Shown in pieces: positions 8,969 to 18,864 of a DNA stretch of 64,000 nucleotides. The notes under the pieces are model-generated. The model searched no databases. It was not told where the DNA came from and saw only the letters and a program-made list of their open reading frames with translations. Every line of letters starts with the position of its first letter. Position 1 is the first letter of the stretch. The stretch comes from Candidatus Microgenomatus sp. GTDB lineage: Bacteria; Patescibacteriota; Microgenomatia; UBA8517. The stretch is from positions 219,139 to 283,138 of the forward strand of contig DYGS01000001.1 of NCBI GenBank assembly GCA_020724585.1, written 5' to 3'. The position numbers were made by a program, and so were the translations under genes.

Positions 8969-11611
8969 ATGTTTAAATTTTTAAATAAAATATTTGATTT
9001 AAATCAAAAAGAATTAAATCGTCTTGTCCAAATTGTTGAAAAGATAAATAGTCTTGACGGTAAATATAAAACGAGAAATATCAGTGAATTTAAGAAAAAA
9101 ACTGAGGATTTTAAAAAAAGAATTAAAAACGGAGAAGATTTAACTTCCCTAATTCCTGAAACATATGCCCTAGCAAGAGAAGCATCTTATAGAGTTTTGG
9201 GACAGAGACACTACGATGTCCAGTTAATGGCTGCAATTGCTCTTTTTGAAGGTAAAATTATTGAGCAAAAAACAGGAGAGGGAAAAACATTGTCTGCTGT
9301 GCCGGCGCTTTATCTTAGATCGTTAACAGGAAAAGGAGCGCACCTTGTAACTGTCAATGATTTTTTAGCAAGATTGGGTGCGGGTTGGAATGGACCTATT
9401 TTTGAAGCTCTTGGTATAAGCGCTGGTGTCGTTATTCAGGAAGGCAAATCATATATCTATGATCCAAAATACAGTGATACAAGCCATGGTGACCCAAGGC
9501 TATCACATCTCAGGCCTGTTGATAGAAAAGAGGCTTATGCCTGCGACATCACCTACGGTACAAACAATGAGTTTGGTTTTGATTATTTGCGGGATAACAT
9601 GGTTTCATCGCTTGATGAAATGGTTCAGAGAGGTCATTATTTTGCAATAGTTGACGAAGTTGACTCTATTCTAATTGATGAGGCCAGGACTCCTCTTATA
9701 ATATCAGCTCCAGATACTGATCCGACCGATAAATACTATAAATTTGCCAAAATTGCGGCTAATTTACAGCAGGATACAGATTTTAAAGTTGATGAAAAAG
9801 CCAAAAGCGCTTCCTTGACTGAAACGGGTATAAGTAAAGTGGAAAAGATATTAGGCGTTGATAATTTATATGAAAAAGATTTTGACTCAATTAGGCATAT
9901 TGAAAACGCTCTTCGGGCAAAGTCGCTTTACTTAAAAGATCGGGATTATGTGATTAAAGATGGCGAAGTTGTCATCGTTGATGAATTTACAGGGAGGCTT
10001 ATGGTTGGCAGGCGGTGGAGCGACGGACTTCATCAAGCTGTTGAGGCTAAAGAAGGTGTGGTTATAAAACAAGAAAGCAAGACTTTGGCAACAATCTCGT
10101 TTCAGAACTATTTTAGGATGTATCAACATTTATCGGGTATGACTGGAACGGCAGTAACTGAAGCTGAAGAATTTAAAAAAATATATAAGCTTGATGTTGT
10201 TGCAATTCCAACTCATAGAGAAAATGTAAGAATTGACCATGGAGATGTAATCTACAAGACACTATCTGCCAAGTACAGAGCAATTGCAAATGAAGTAGAA
10301 GAAAAATATAAAAATGGCCAGCCCGTCTTGGTTGGAACAACCTCGATTGAAAAAAATGAAATTATAAGTGAGTTATTAAAAAGAAAAAAAATTCCACACA
10401 ATGTTTTAAATGCCAAAAATCATGAAAAAGAGGCTGAAATTATTGCCAATGCAGGTAAACTCAAAGCAGTAACGGTTGCAACCAATATGGCAGGTCGAGG
10501 AGTAGATATTATATTGGGCGGAGCAAGGCCTGAGACAAAATCAAAATATGAACTTAAAAAATGGGAGGAAAATCACCGCGAAGTTGTTGAGGTTGGGGGG
10601 CTTCATGTAATAGGAACAGAAAGGCATGAATCAAGAAGAATAGATAACCAATTAAGAGGTCGAGCGGGAAGGCAGGGTGATCCGGGTTCTTCTAAGTTTT
10701 ATCTGTCTTTAGAGGATGATTTAATGCGCATTTTTGGCGGTGAGCAAATAAAATCCTTAATGGATAGACTTTCTATTCCTGATGATCAGCCTATTGAAAA
10801 CTCATTGGTAAGTCGTGCTATTGAACAGTCTCAAGTTAAAGTTGAGGGTTTCCATTTTGATACAAGAAAAAGATTGGTTGAATTTGATGATGTTGCCAAT
10901 CAACAAAGAGATGTTGTTTATAAGCTCAGACGAAAAGTTTTAGAGAGTGAAATTGTCAAAGACGAAATTTTGGAAAAGCTTGGAATATATGCTGGCGCGA
11001 TTTCTGCGAATGAACTAGGGGAAGTTGATTATGAAGCAGTTACGGCAAAATTTTTGGAAGCAGTTCCCTTTGATCCCGATTCAATTAAGAAATTTAAATC
11101 GGAACTTAAAAAAAGAAAAACGAGCCAAGAAGTTGAGGAATTTTTGGAAGGTGTATTTAAAGATGTTCATAAATTAAGAGAGGTTGAAGTTGGTTCACAG
11201 ACTATGCGTCAAATTGAAAAATTTGCTTATCTTGGGGCAATCGACCATCATTTTATAAACCATATTGACGCGATTGATGACCTTCGGGGTGCAATAAGTC
11301 TTCGTGCATATGGACAAAGAGATCCTTTGGTTGAATTTAAACAAGAAGCATATCAGATGTTTGAAGATTTATTAAAACGAATTGATGAGGAAGTTGTAAA
11401 AAGGATATTCAGGATTGGAGTTGCCCAAAAACCCCAAGAAATACCCACTAATTTAATGAGAGAAAACATTGATATAAATGATGGAACAGGACTTGTTTCA
11501 AATCCTAAATCCGAGATCTTAAATCTAAAATCTAAGTTGGGACGCAACGACCCTTGTTGGTGCGGGTCGGGCAAAAAATGGAAAAAATGTCATTATCCTC
11601 AAGAAGGATAA
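8969..11611 (+). CDS. secA: preprotein translocase ATPase SecA
   Basis: 880 aa with DEAD-like motor motifs (MKTGEGKT-like GEGKTL, DEVDSILIDEARTPLIIS) and a C-terminal zinc finger CWCGSGKKWKKCH. Confidence 0.95.
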   Translation: MFKFLNKIFDLNQKELNRLVQIVEKINSLDGKYKTRNISEFKKKTEDFKKRIKNGEDLTSLIPETYALAREASYRVLGQRHYDVQLMAAIALFEGKIIEQKTGEGKTLSAVPALYLRSLTGKGAHLVTVNDFLARLGAGWNGPIFEALGISAGVVIQEGKSYIYDPKYSDTSHGDPRLSHLRPVDRKEAYACDITYGTNNEFGFDYLRDNMVSSLDEMVQRGHYFAIVDEVDSILIDEARTPLIISAPDTDPTDKYYKFAKIAANLQQDTDFKVDEKAKSASLTETGISKVEKILGVDNLYEKDFDSIRHIENALRAKSLYLKDRDYVIKDGEVVIVDEFTGRLMVGRRWSDGLHQAVEAKEGVVIKQESKTLATISFQNYFRMYQHLSGMTGTAVTEAEEFKKIYKLDVVAIPTHRENVRIDHGDVIYKTLSAKYRAIANEVEEKYKNGQPVLVGTTSIEKNEIISELLKRKKIPHNVLNAKNHEKEAEIIANAGKLKAVTVATNMAGRGVDIILGGARPETKSKYELKKWEENHREVVEVGGLHVIGTERHESRRIDNQLRGRAGRQGDPGSSKFYLSLEDDLMRIFGGEQIKSLMDRLSIPDDQPIENSLVSRAIEQSQVKVEGFHFDTRKRLVEFDDVANQQRDVVYKLRRKVLESEIVKDEILEKLGIYAGAISANELGEVDYEAVTAKFLEAVPFDPDSIKKFKSELKKRKTSQEVEEFLEGVFKDVHKLREVEVGSQTMRQIEKFAYLGAIDHHFINHIDAIDDLRGAISLRAYGQRDPLVEFKQEAYQMFEDLLKRIDEEVVKRIFRIGVAQKPQEIPTNLMRENIDINDGTGLVSNPKSEILNLKSKLGRNDPCWCGSGKKWKKCHYPQEG

Positions 11612-11634
11612 TATAGTGTATACTTAGACAGTAT

Positions 11635-12111
11635 ATGCAGGAAGGCGATAGCATTATAAAATCGTTTTTGGGGTATTTAGTAGTTGTGGGTGTTGTAACT
11701 GTTGGAATCGTTTATCTTTTGAATTATACAAAAGATCCAGTTGTTAACAATCAGACAGTAGTAGAAAATAGTAATAACAAAATGAATGAAGAATTAAAAA
11801 TTGAGGATTTAGTTGTTGGAACGGGCGAAGAAGCAGTTTCTGGTAGGCTGATATCTGTGCATTACACAGGAACACTTGCTGATGGAACAAAGTTTGATTC
11901 TTCGAAAGATCGTGGGACACCTTTTGAGTTTACTTTGGGGGCTGGGGAAGTAATTCAAGGTTGGGATCAGGGATTTAACGGAATGAAAGTCGGAGGAAAG
12001 AGAAGATTAACAATACCTCCTTCTCTTGGATATGGGGAGGCTGGAGCGGGGGATGTTATTCCCCCAAATGCCACGCTTATTTTTGAGGTAGAACTTCTTG
12101 CTGTGAAATAA
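11635..12111 (+). CDS. FKBP-type peptidyl-prolyl cis-trans isomerase, membrane anchored
   Basis: N-terminal TM segment, then [43 protein letters not shown] core. Confidence 0.85.
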   Translation: MQEGDSIIKSFLGYLVVVGVVTVGIVYLLNYTKDPVVNNQTVVENSNNKMNEELKIEDLVVGTGEEAVSGRLISVHYTGTLADGTKFDSSKDRGTPFEFTLGAGEVIQGWDQGFNGMKVGGKRRLTIPPSLGYGEAGAGDVIPPNATLIFEVELLAVK

Positions 12112-12138
12112 TTTGCGATTTTGTGATAGTATTTATTT

Positions 12139-12762
12139 ATGCCCGAAGACGGTAAACTAAAAAAGAAGAAAGTTTTGGTTGTTGAAGAAGTTGCCGATGC
12201 AACCAAAGAGGTGGAAGACAAAAAATCAGTTGATGATACTAAATCAGAAGCTCCCCAGGAAATTGAACCTGTCATCGAAGAGTCTCAGGAAAAGCCAAAT
12301 TATCTTTGGATAATTATTCCAACAACACTTTTGGTTGGTGCGTTAGTTGGAGGGTTTATTACTTATTTTTCAGGAATTGCAAGTTTGAGCCAAACTCAAG
12401 TCACCCCAGTTCCTACAGTTGAACCCGTTGTCGAAACTCCAACCCCAAAAGCGTCTACAACACCTTCATCAGCTATTAAAAAAGAGGATTTAAAAATACA
12501 AGTTTTGAATGGCAGTGGAGTGCCGGGAGCGGCGGGTGAAGCGAAGGCATTTCTTGAGGGCTTAGGCTACAAAAATATTGAGGTGGGAAATGCTCAGTCT
12601 TCTAATTTTGAAACCACCGAGGTTTCAATTAAAGAGGTAAAGAAAGATTATTTGGATGTGTTAGTTAAGGATTTATCTGAGGAATATGAAGTCAATAAAA
12701 AGACAGGGACGGTTCCTGCTTCAGGCAAGTTTGATATAATAATTACTCTTGGTAAAAAATGA
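12139..12762 (+). CDS. membrane-anchored LytR_C (LytR/CpsA/Psr C-terminal) domain protein
   Basis: Acidic N-terminus, one TM, Thr/Pro linker, then IQVLNGSGVPGAAGEAKAFLEGLGYKNIEVGNA. Confidence 0.6.
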   Translation: MPEDGKLKKKKVLVVEEVADATKEVEDKKSVDDTKSEAPQEIEPVIEESQEKPNYLWIIIPTTLLVGALVGGFITYFSGIASLSQTQVTPVPTVEPVVETPTPKASTTPSSAIKKEDLKIQVLNGSGVPGAAGEAKAFLEGLGYKNIEVGNAQSSNFETTEVSIKEVKKDYLDVLVKDLSEEYEVNKKTGTVPASGKFDIIITLGKK

Positions 12763-13856
12763 TTTCTCCTAAATTTTTCCGATCCAGCACAGGTGAGATA
12801 CCTTTGCCTGTATTTTTTCCTGATGCAACAAGGGCTGTTGTAAAGTTGCTTGATACAAAAGACCTTGAATCAACAAAAACCAACGGACTCTTGATAAATA
12901 CATATCATTTATATAAGGAATTAGGGTTACCCTTTATTAAAAAACTGGGTGGAATTAGGAAGTTTATGGGCTGGGATGGCGCTCTAATTTCTGATTCCGG
13001 CGGCTTTCAGGTTGGAAGTTTAATCAAGAAGCATGGTACAAGGCTTGGAAAAGTAACTGATGACGGAGCAATGTTTAGGCTTGATGGCAAGAAGATTTTA
13101 TTAACTCCCGAACTTTCAATTCAAATACAAATGGAATTAGGCGTCGATATGGTTGTGGTATTGGATGATTTTACGGATCCGTTAGTCCCGCGTCAAAACG
13201 CAAAGGAAAGTGTTAATAGGACTATAAATTGGGCACATAGATCAAAAATTGAATTTGAGAAAATCAATAGAAAAAGTATGAGAAATAGTCGAAGACCTTA
13301 TTTGTTGGGTATTGTTCAGGGAGGTTACTATCAAGATTTGAGAAAGCACTGTATTGAAGAGTTGCTGAAAATAGGTTTTGACGGTTTGGGTTATGGAGGT
13401 TGGCCATTAAAGCAAAACATGACTTTTGACTACGAAAGTGCAAAAACTATTTCAGAAAATACCCCCAGTAATTATTTATTATACGGTTTAGGCGTCGGTA
13501 AACCATGTGAGATAGTCAATTTGTATAAATTGGGATATACGATTTTTGATTGCGTTTTGCCAACAAGGGATGCAAGACATGGCAGGCTTTATGTCTATAA
13601 GGCCGATTCAATTGAAGAAATTGATATATCAAAAAATGATTTTTACGAATTCTATTACCCCACAAAGTCAAAACACCAAGATGATTTTTCTCCAGTAAGT
13701 ATGGCCTGTGATTGTCTGACATGTAAAAACTACTCGCGAAGTTACTTGCGGCATCTTTTTAAAATTAAAGACGCAACTGCAGGGAGGCTTGCAACAATCC
13801 ATAATCTTCGTTTTTATTCGATTTTGATGGAGAAACTAAGTCTTTTTAATATTTGA
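12759..13856 (+). CDS. tgt: queuine tRNA-ribosyltransferase (tRNA-guanine transglycosylase)
   Basis: DSGGFQ, LGVGKP, LPTRDARHG and zinc site CDCLTCKNYSRSYLRHL. Confidence 0.9.
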   Translation: MISPKFFRSSTGEIPLPVFFPDATRAVVKLLDTKDLESTKTNGLLINTYHLYKELGLPFIKKLGGIRKFMGWDGALISDSGGFQVGSLIKKHGTRLGKVTDDGAMFRLDGKKILLTPELSIQIQMELGVDMVVVLDDFTDPLVPRQNAKESVNRTINWAHRSKIEFEKINRKSMRNSRRPYLLGIVQGGYYQDLRKHCIEELLKIGFDGLGYGGWPLKQNMTFDYESAKTISENTPSNYLLYGLGVGKPCEIVNLYKLGYTIFDCVLPTRDARHGRLYVYKADSIEEIDISKNDFYEFYYPTKSKHQDDFSPVSMACDCLTCKNYSRSYLRHLFKIKDATAGRLATIHNLRFYSILMEKLSLFNI

Positions 13857-13880
13857 CACTTGATACTTGACACTTGATAC
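13857..13880. repeat. short tandem repeat (ACTTGATACTTGAC x2)
   Basis: cacttgatacttgacacttgatacttg lies between the tgt stop and the next gene. Confidence 0.5.
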
Positions 13881-13907
13881 TTGTTATATGTATACTCGGC
13901 CGACAGT

Positions 13908-14552
13908 ATGGAAGAGGCACAAACACAAGATCAAATAGCAAAAGAGGGCCCAATGCCCGTTTCCTCATTTTCTCCAACAGTAAGATCGCAATCTAGTGGA
14001 ACAAAGTGGCTTGTGATTTTTATAATCCTTTTAGTTTTGGGTGGTGCTGGGGTTTTCTTCTTTACAAAGTCGAGTTCAATGCCGATTGCCACGCCAACTC
14101 CATCTTTTGGTGTTGTTCCAATTGAGGATAATGCTGAAATAGAGCCAACCCAGACACCAACTTCATCTCCTGCGGCTGTTGATAAGGAAGATGTTTCAAT
14201 TGAAGTCCAAAACGGAACAGGGATAACTGGAGAGGCTGCGTTTTTGCAGGGAAAGTTAAAGACTTTAGGCTATAGCGATATTAAAGTCGGAAATGCTCCA
14301 ACAACTGATAACACAGAGACAACTGTAACATTTTCTAAATCCTTATCTTCTACTGTCCAAGCCGAAATTAAGAAAGAGCTTGAGTCAATCTACAAAACTG
14401 TTAATGTCAAAACTTCTTCAACTCAAACAACTGATGTTGTTATCGTAACGGGCTTGAGAGGTTCACAAACTGCAAAGCCAACAACTTCGTCAACATCAAG
14501 TCCAAAACCAACATCAACAAGTTCTGCTTCACCCACAGCTTCGCCTAATTAA
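13908..14552 (+). CDS. membrane-anchored LytR_C domain protein (paralog of 12139-12762)
   Basis: TM segment, Pro/Thr linker, IEVQNGTGITGEAAFLQGKLKTLGYSDIKVGNA, Ser/Thr-rich tail. The track start at 13881 is TTG; ATG at 13908 preferred. Confidence 0.6.
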   Translation: MEEAQTQDQIAKEGPMPVSSFSPTVRSQSSGTKWLVIFIILLVLGGAGVFFFTKSSSMPIATPTPSFGVVPIEDNAEIEPTQTPTSSPAAVDKEDVSIEVQNGTGITGEAAFLQGKLKTLGYSDIKVGNAPTTDNTETTVTFSKSLSSTVQAEIKKELESIYKTVNVKTSSTQTTDVVIVTGLRGSQTAKPTTSSTSSPKPTSTSSASPTASPN

Positions 14553-14600
14553 TTTTTTCGTTTCTGAAAAGGTATATAAGGTATATAATGTATATTAAAG

Positions 14601-15041
14601 ATGCAGAATTTTTTTGAGTTTTTTTCCAAAATAGATTTTGATTTGGGGCAAAATCAGACGAAAGCAATTTTAATAGCAGGATTGTTTTTTTTGGCGGTTG
14701 TTTTGTTTGCATATATCAGAAAGTATTTTGTCAAGTCAACACTTGATGGAGTGTTATTAGGAATTTTTTTTGGTTTTTTACTAACGCTTCTTTTGGAGGG
14801 GTTTTTGTTAATTGCGGGAAAAACCGCGGTAACTGAACTTTTGGGATGGGAAAAAGCGCCTAAACCCATTTCAACAGCTCTTGATTTAGGAAGAGAAAGA
14901 CTTAAAAATGTCCTGGGCGAAGAACGCGAAATTCCAATTTCCAATGCCAAGGATCCAGTTTATGAAGACGCAATATCGGTTTATCAAAGTCTTGACCCGC
15001 TTGAACAGCAAAAAGTGAAAAAGATAATTTGTGCTCCGTGA
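14601..15041 (+). CDS. hypothetical membrane protein
   Basis: 146 aa with two hydrophobic helices; no recognised motif. Confidence 0.45.
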   Translation: MQNFFEFFSKIDFDLGQNQTKAILIAGLFFLAVVLFAYIRKYFVKSTLDGVLLGIFFGFLLTLLLEGFLLIAGKTAVTELLGWEKAPKPISTALDLGRERLKNVLGEEREIPISNAKDPVYEDAISVYQSLDPLEQQKVKKIICAP

Positions 15042-16113
15042 TATACTAAAAAAATTTAATATGCCCAACCAAAATCTATCTATTGAAAGTTTAAATCTGC
15101 GCATGCAAAAGTTTTTAGAAGTTTTTAGTCTGTCCAAGAAGGAAGATGAACTAAAACAACTTGAAGCAGAGTCGTTAGAACCAAATCTTTGGAGTGATCA
15201 GGGCAGAGCAAGAAAACTTCTGCAAAACATCAGCAGTTTAAAATCAGAAATTGAGGAGGTTAAAGATATTATATCCACTCTCGAGATTTTAAATGAAGTT
15301 GAGGATGAGAAGGAGATGGCTAAGCTCGAAAAAGTTATTTCAAAATTAGAATTGAAGTCTTATTTATCGAGTCCATATGATATAAAAAATGCAGTTATTA
15401 CTCTTCATGCCGGCCAAGGTGGTACAGAAGCAATGGATTGGACATCTATGCTTTACAGAATGTATCTAAGGTATGCAGAAAATAAAGGTTTTTCGGTTGA
15501 AACAATTGACCAGACTTTCGGAGAAGAGGCGGGTATTAAAAGTATTACCTTTATTGTCAAAGGAAGGTATGCATATGGTTATCTTAAAAACGAAGCTGGA
15601 ACCCACAGATTGGTTAGACAATCTCCTTTTAACGCAAATAATTTAAGACAAACTTCTTTTTCTTTGGTTGAAGTTTTACCTGATCTTGAGGATATTGAAT
15701 TACCCGATATTGAAATTAAAGATGACGATCTTGATTGGCAGTTTACAAGAGCAGGTGGACATGGGGGGCAGAATGTCAATAAAGTTTCGACTGCCGTCAG
15801 GCTTACCCATATTCCAACCGGCATCGTTGTAACTGCAAGGACTGAAAGATTTCAAGAACAAAATAGAAAAATTGCCCTTGGCCTTCTTCGCGCCAAACTT
15901 TGGCTTCGACAAAAAGAAGTAGAGAAGAATCACATTAAAGATATAAAAGGAGAATACAGGCCGCCTTCTTGGGGAAATCAGATTAGAAGCTATGTCCTGC
16001 ATCCTTATAAAATGGTAAAGGATTTAAGAACAGGAGTGGAATCAGGCAATCCCGACTCTGTTCTTGATGGAAATTTAGATGAATTTGTTGCAGAAGAACT
16101 AAAATTGAAGTAG
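15031..16113 (+). CDS. prfB: peptide chain release factor 2 (single frame, no programmed frameshift)
   Basis: SPF tripeptide (RQSPFNANN) and GGQ motif (GGHGGQNVNKVSTAVRLTHIPTGIVV); the likely start is ATG at 15061 (MPNQ). Confidence 0.9.
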   Translation: MLRDILKKFNMPNQNLSIESLNLRMQKFLEVFSLSKKEDELKQLEAESLEPNLWSDQGRARKLLQNISSLKSEIEEVKDIISTLEILNEVEDEKEMAKLEKVISKLELKSYLSSPYDIKNAVITLHAGQGGTEAMDWTSMLYRMYLRYAENKGFSVETIDQTFGEEAGIKSITFIVKGRYAYGYLKNEAGTHRLVRQSPFNANNLRQTSFSLVEVLPDLEDIELPDIEIKDDDLDWQFTRAGGHGGQNVNKVSTAVRLTHIPTGIVVTARTERFQEQNRKIALGLLRAKLWLRQKEVEKNHIKDIKGEYRPPSWGNQIRSYVLHPYKMVKDLRTGVESGNPDSVLDGNLDEFVAEELKLK

Positions 16114-16120
16114 TATAAAA

Positions 16121-16768
16121 TTGGTGACTTTTATGGAGAATCAAGATCAAATACAACAGCCGCAAATGTTCCAGGAAAAGCCAAAACAAAATGGAAGCGG
16201 ATTTTTGGTTGGTTTGCTTTCAACTTTACTTCTTTTGGCCAGTATTATTGCAGGTTTTTTTGCATATCAAACACAAAAATTAGTTAGTGAGTTGAGAGTT
16301 ATGAGTGAAGAGTTAAAACAGGCCGCAAAAACTCCCGAACCAACAACCTCACCTCTTGCAACCCCTGACCCGACTGCAGATTGGAAAACCTACACAAATA
16401 CGAAATATGGTTATTCGTTTAAGTATTCGGGTGAATTTGAACTTAAAAATATTTCAGGTGAGTCCATAACTGTACCGCAAAATACAAGTGGCGTCTACTT
16501 AGTAAAAAAATCTTATCCTGATTATGCAAATCGTGTCCTTGAGGTGCAATATTTAGATATATTTGTACCACCCGTTGGTTGGACATCAGCCAATGTTGTT
16601 GTTGGTGGCCAAAATGCCAAAAGATATATGTTTGTTGGCGGGGATGCTACAATTAAGTTTGATATTTATCAGGTTCCTTTGACTTCTGGTGGAATTGAAA
16701 TCATGGTCAATAAGCAAATGTTGGAGGACATTGACCAAATTCTTTCCACCTTTAAATTTACAAATTAA
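16121..16768 (+). CDS. hypothetical membrane-anchored extracytoplasmic protein
   Basis: N-terminal TM, Pro/Thr linker, beta-rich C-terminus. Confidence 0.45.
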   Translation: MVTFMENQDQIQQPQMFQEKPKQNGSGFLVGLLSTLLLLASIIAGFFAYQTQKLVSELRVMSEELKQAAKTPEPTTSPLATPDPTADWKTYTNTKYGYSFKYSGEFELKNISGESITVPQNTSGVYLVKKSYPDYANRVLEVQYLDIFVPPVGWTSANVVVGGQNAKRYMFVGGDATIKFDIYQVPLTSGGIEIMVNKQMLEDIDQILSTFKFTN

Positions 16769-16813
16769 TCTCTCCCTTGTTTTTGGTTTGTCAGTTATGG
16801 TACTTTAATATGT

Positions 16814-17290
16814 ATGGAAAGTGTTTTAAATCCAGTTGATCCAAACAGCAGTCAACAATCAGTTGTCAGAAAGATTAAGGTAAAATCTGATTTATTAAAA
16901 AACAATTTGGTTTTAGCCGTAATATCTGTAATTGTTGTTTTAGCAGGAATTGGGACGGGCTACTATTTTTCTGGAGCCTATAAAAATCCAGACTATGGAG
17001 GCATAAATATATCTTCAGATTTAAAGACAGGTGAAAGCGAGGCTGGCATTGCCGATGAATCAACATTTCCCGACTCGACGGAGGGGATATTGGAAGAGGG
17101 AGGAATAAATGGCGAAGGAACCCATCATTTGGTTAGAGGTTCCGGTCCTGCACAGTATGCTTATCTTACATCAACTGTTATAAATCTTGATAATTTTGTT
17201 GGCAAAAAAGTTCAAGTTTGGGGCCAGACAATTGCTGGTAAGAAGGCGGGTTGGCTGATGGATGTAGGTAAAATCAAAGTTATAGAATGA
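16814..17290 (+). CDS. hypothetical membrane-anchored protein
   Basis: N-terminal TM segment; no recognised family. Confidence 0.45.
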   Translation: MESVLNPVDPNSSQQSVVRKIKVKSDLLKNNLVLAVISVIVVLAGIGTGYYFSGAYKNPDYGGINISSDLKTGESEAGIADESTFPDSTEGILEEGGINGEGTHHLVRGSGPAQYAYLTSTVINLDNFVGKKVQVWGQTIAGKKAGWLMDVGKIKVIE

Positions 17291-17940
17291 TCATTTTCAA
17301 AAATGTCTCCAAGTCTTTTGGTTTAATAAAAGCCTTAACCAATGTAAGTTTTGAGGTTAATAAAGGCGAGTTCGTCTATTTAACAGGACCTTCAGGTTCG
17401 GGCAAAACAACAATATTAAAAATAATACAAAGAGAGGTTTTGCCTGATTCAGGCCAGGTTCTATTTGATAATGTTGATATTACGCAAATTCCGCTTCACG
17501 ATATTCCAACACTTCGTCAAAATATGGGTGTGGTTTTCCAAGATTTTAAGGTTTTAATGGAGAGAACAGTTTCTGAAAATGTTTCAGTTGCTCTGGCTGT
17601 TTTAGAAGTTGATGAAGCCGAATGGGCTAAACGAGTAGAGCATGTTTTGAAGCTGGTTGGGCTTTTAAAACAGAAAAATATGTTTCCGAGCCAGCTTTCA
17701 GGAGGAGAACTGCAAAGGGTATCTTTGGCTCGTGCATTGGTTATAAATCCAAAAATAATCTTAGCCGACGAACCAACGGGTAATCTTGATTGGAAAACGG
17801 CTGACGGGATCATGGATTTGTTAGAAAAAATTAATAAAGAAGGTAAAACGATAATTATGGCCACTCACCATGCAGGGATTTTGAAGGAATACAAGCACAG
17901 AATTATACATATTGAAAATGGTAAAATAATCAAGAATTAG
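17287..17940 (+). CDS. ftsE: cell division ABC ATPase FtsE
   Basis: [35 protein letters not shown]; 217 aa, directly upstream of the FtsX-like permease. Confidence 0.85.
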   Translation: MIIFKNVSKSFGLIKALTNVSFEVNKGEFVYLTGPSGSGKTTILKIIQREVLPDSGQVLFDNVDITQIPLHDIPTLRQNMGVVFQDFKVLMERTVSENVSVALAVLEVDEAEWAKRVEHVLKLVGLLKQKNMFPSQLSGGELQRVSLARALVINPKIILADEPTGNLDWKTADGIMDLLEKINKEGKTIIMATHHAGILKEYKHRIIHIENGKIIKN

Positions 17941-17946
17941 AAAACT

Positions 17947-18864
17947 ATGAGTATTCATACAAAAACGGCAATTGAAGCAGTAAAAAGATCTCCCTTTCAA
18001 GCGTTTTCTGCAATTTTTGTAACAAGTCTAACTTTTTTTATTGCTTCATTTGTTGCAGTTTTGGTATATGCATCAAATCAGGCTTTAAATTTCTTTGAAA
18101 CAAGACCTCAGATAATCGCTTTTTTGAAAGATTCTGCAAAAGAAAGCGATATTTCAGGTTTGAAGTCAAAACTGGAGAGAGATATCCGAATCAGAGATTT
18201 AAAATTTGTCTCAAAAGAAGAGGCTCTAAATATCTATAAAGAAGCAACTGCTGATAATCCTTTGCTTTCGGAATTAGTCAATCCTTCAATTTTTCCCGCC
18301 TCTTTAGAATTTTCGGTTGTTGAACTAGATTTAGCATCGACTGTCATCGAAGAAGTTAAGAAGGAGCCTGCTGTAGACCAGGTTGGGTTTACTGCAAATT
18401 TGGGTAGTGAAAAGACTCTAAACGATGTCGTATCAAGACTTAAAATGGTTGCTAATTATTTAAGATATGGTGGATTGGCTTTTGTGCTAGTACTTGGAAT
18501 GGTCTCATTTGTGGTATTGACAGTAATTATTACCATGCGAATGATTGCTAGAAGAAATGAAGTGGAAATATTGTCTTTGATTGGGGCAAAGCCTAGCTTT
18601 ATTAGAAGCCCTATTATGTTTGAGGCAATAATTTATGTTGTTTCAGGCGTTTTTATAGGCTGGGTTTCAAGTTTTATAATTTGGCTTTATTTTGCTCCAA
18701 GCGCGATTAAATATTTCGGCCAGATTCCAATACTGCCTAAAGACCCAGTGATGTTTTTTGCAATGTTTTTGATAATTCTTCTGGGAGAGATCTTTTTGGG
18801 CCTCACAATGGCCTTTTTAGGCAGTTTGATCGCGGTTAATCGCGTGCTTAAAAAGTTAAAATGA
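17947..18864 (+). CDS. ftsX: cell division permease FtsX
   Basis: N-terminal TM, periplasmic domain, then three C-terminal TM helices; operon position after ftsE. Confidence 0.8.
   Translation: MSIHTKTAIEAVKRSPFQAFSAIFVTSLTFFIASFVAVLVYASNQALNFFETRPQIIAFLKDSAKESDISGLKSKLERDIRIRDLKFVSKEEALNIYKEATADNPLLSELVNPSIFPASLEFSVVELDLASTVIEEVKKEPAVDQVGFTANLGSEKTLNDVVSRLKMVANYLRYGGLAFVLVLGMVSFVVLTVIITMRMIARRNEVEILSLIGAKPSFIRSPIMFEAIIYVVSGVFIGWVSSFIIWLYFAPSAIKYFGQIPILPKDPVMFFAMFLIILLGEIFLGLTMAFLGSLIAVNRVLKKLK

Noticed and set aside
13857-13880. Tandem repeat ACTTGATACTTGAC x2 as a regulatory or mobile feature
   Set aside because: Only two short units in an AT-rich intergenic spacer, so it is likely incidental. 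It was listed as a repeat feature but not as a finding.
15031-15130. Programmed +1 frameshift site in prfB
   Set aside because: The N-terminal region is continuous in one frame with no internal in-frame TGA and no CUU UGA C motif.
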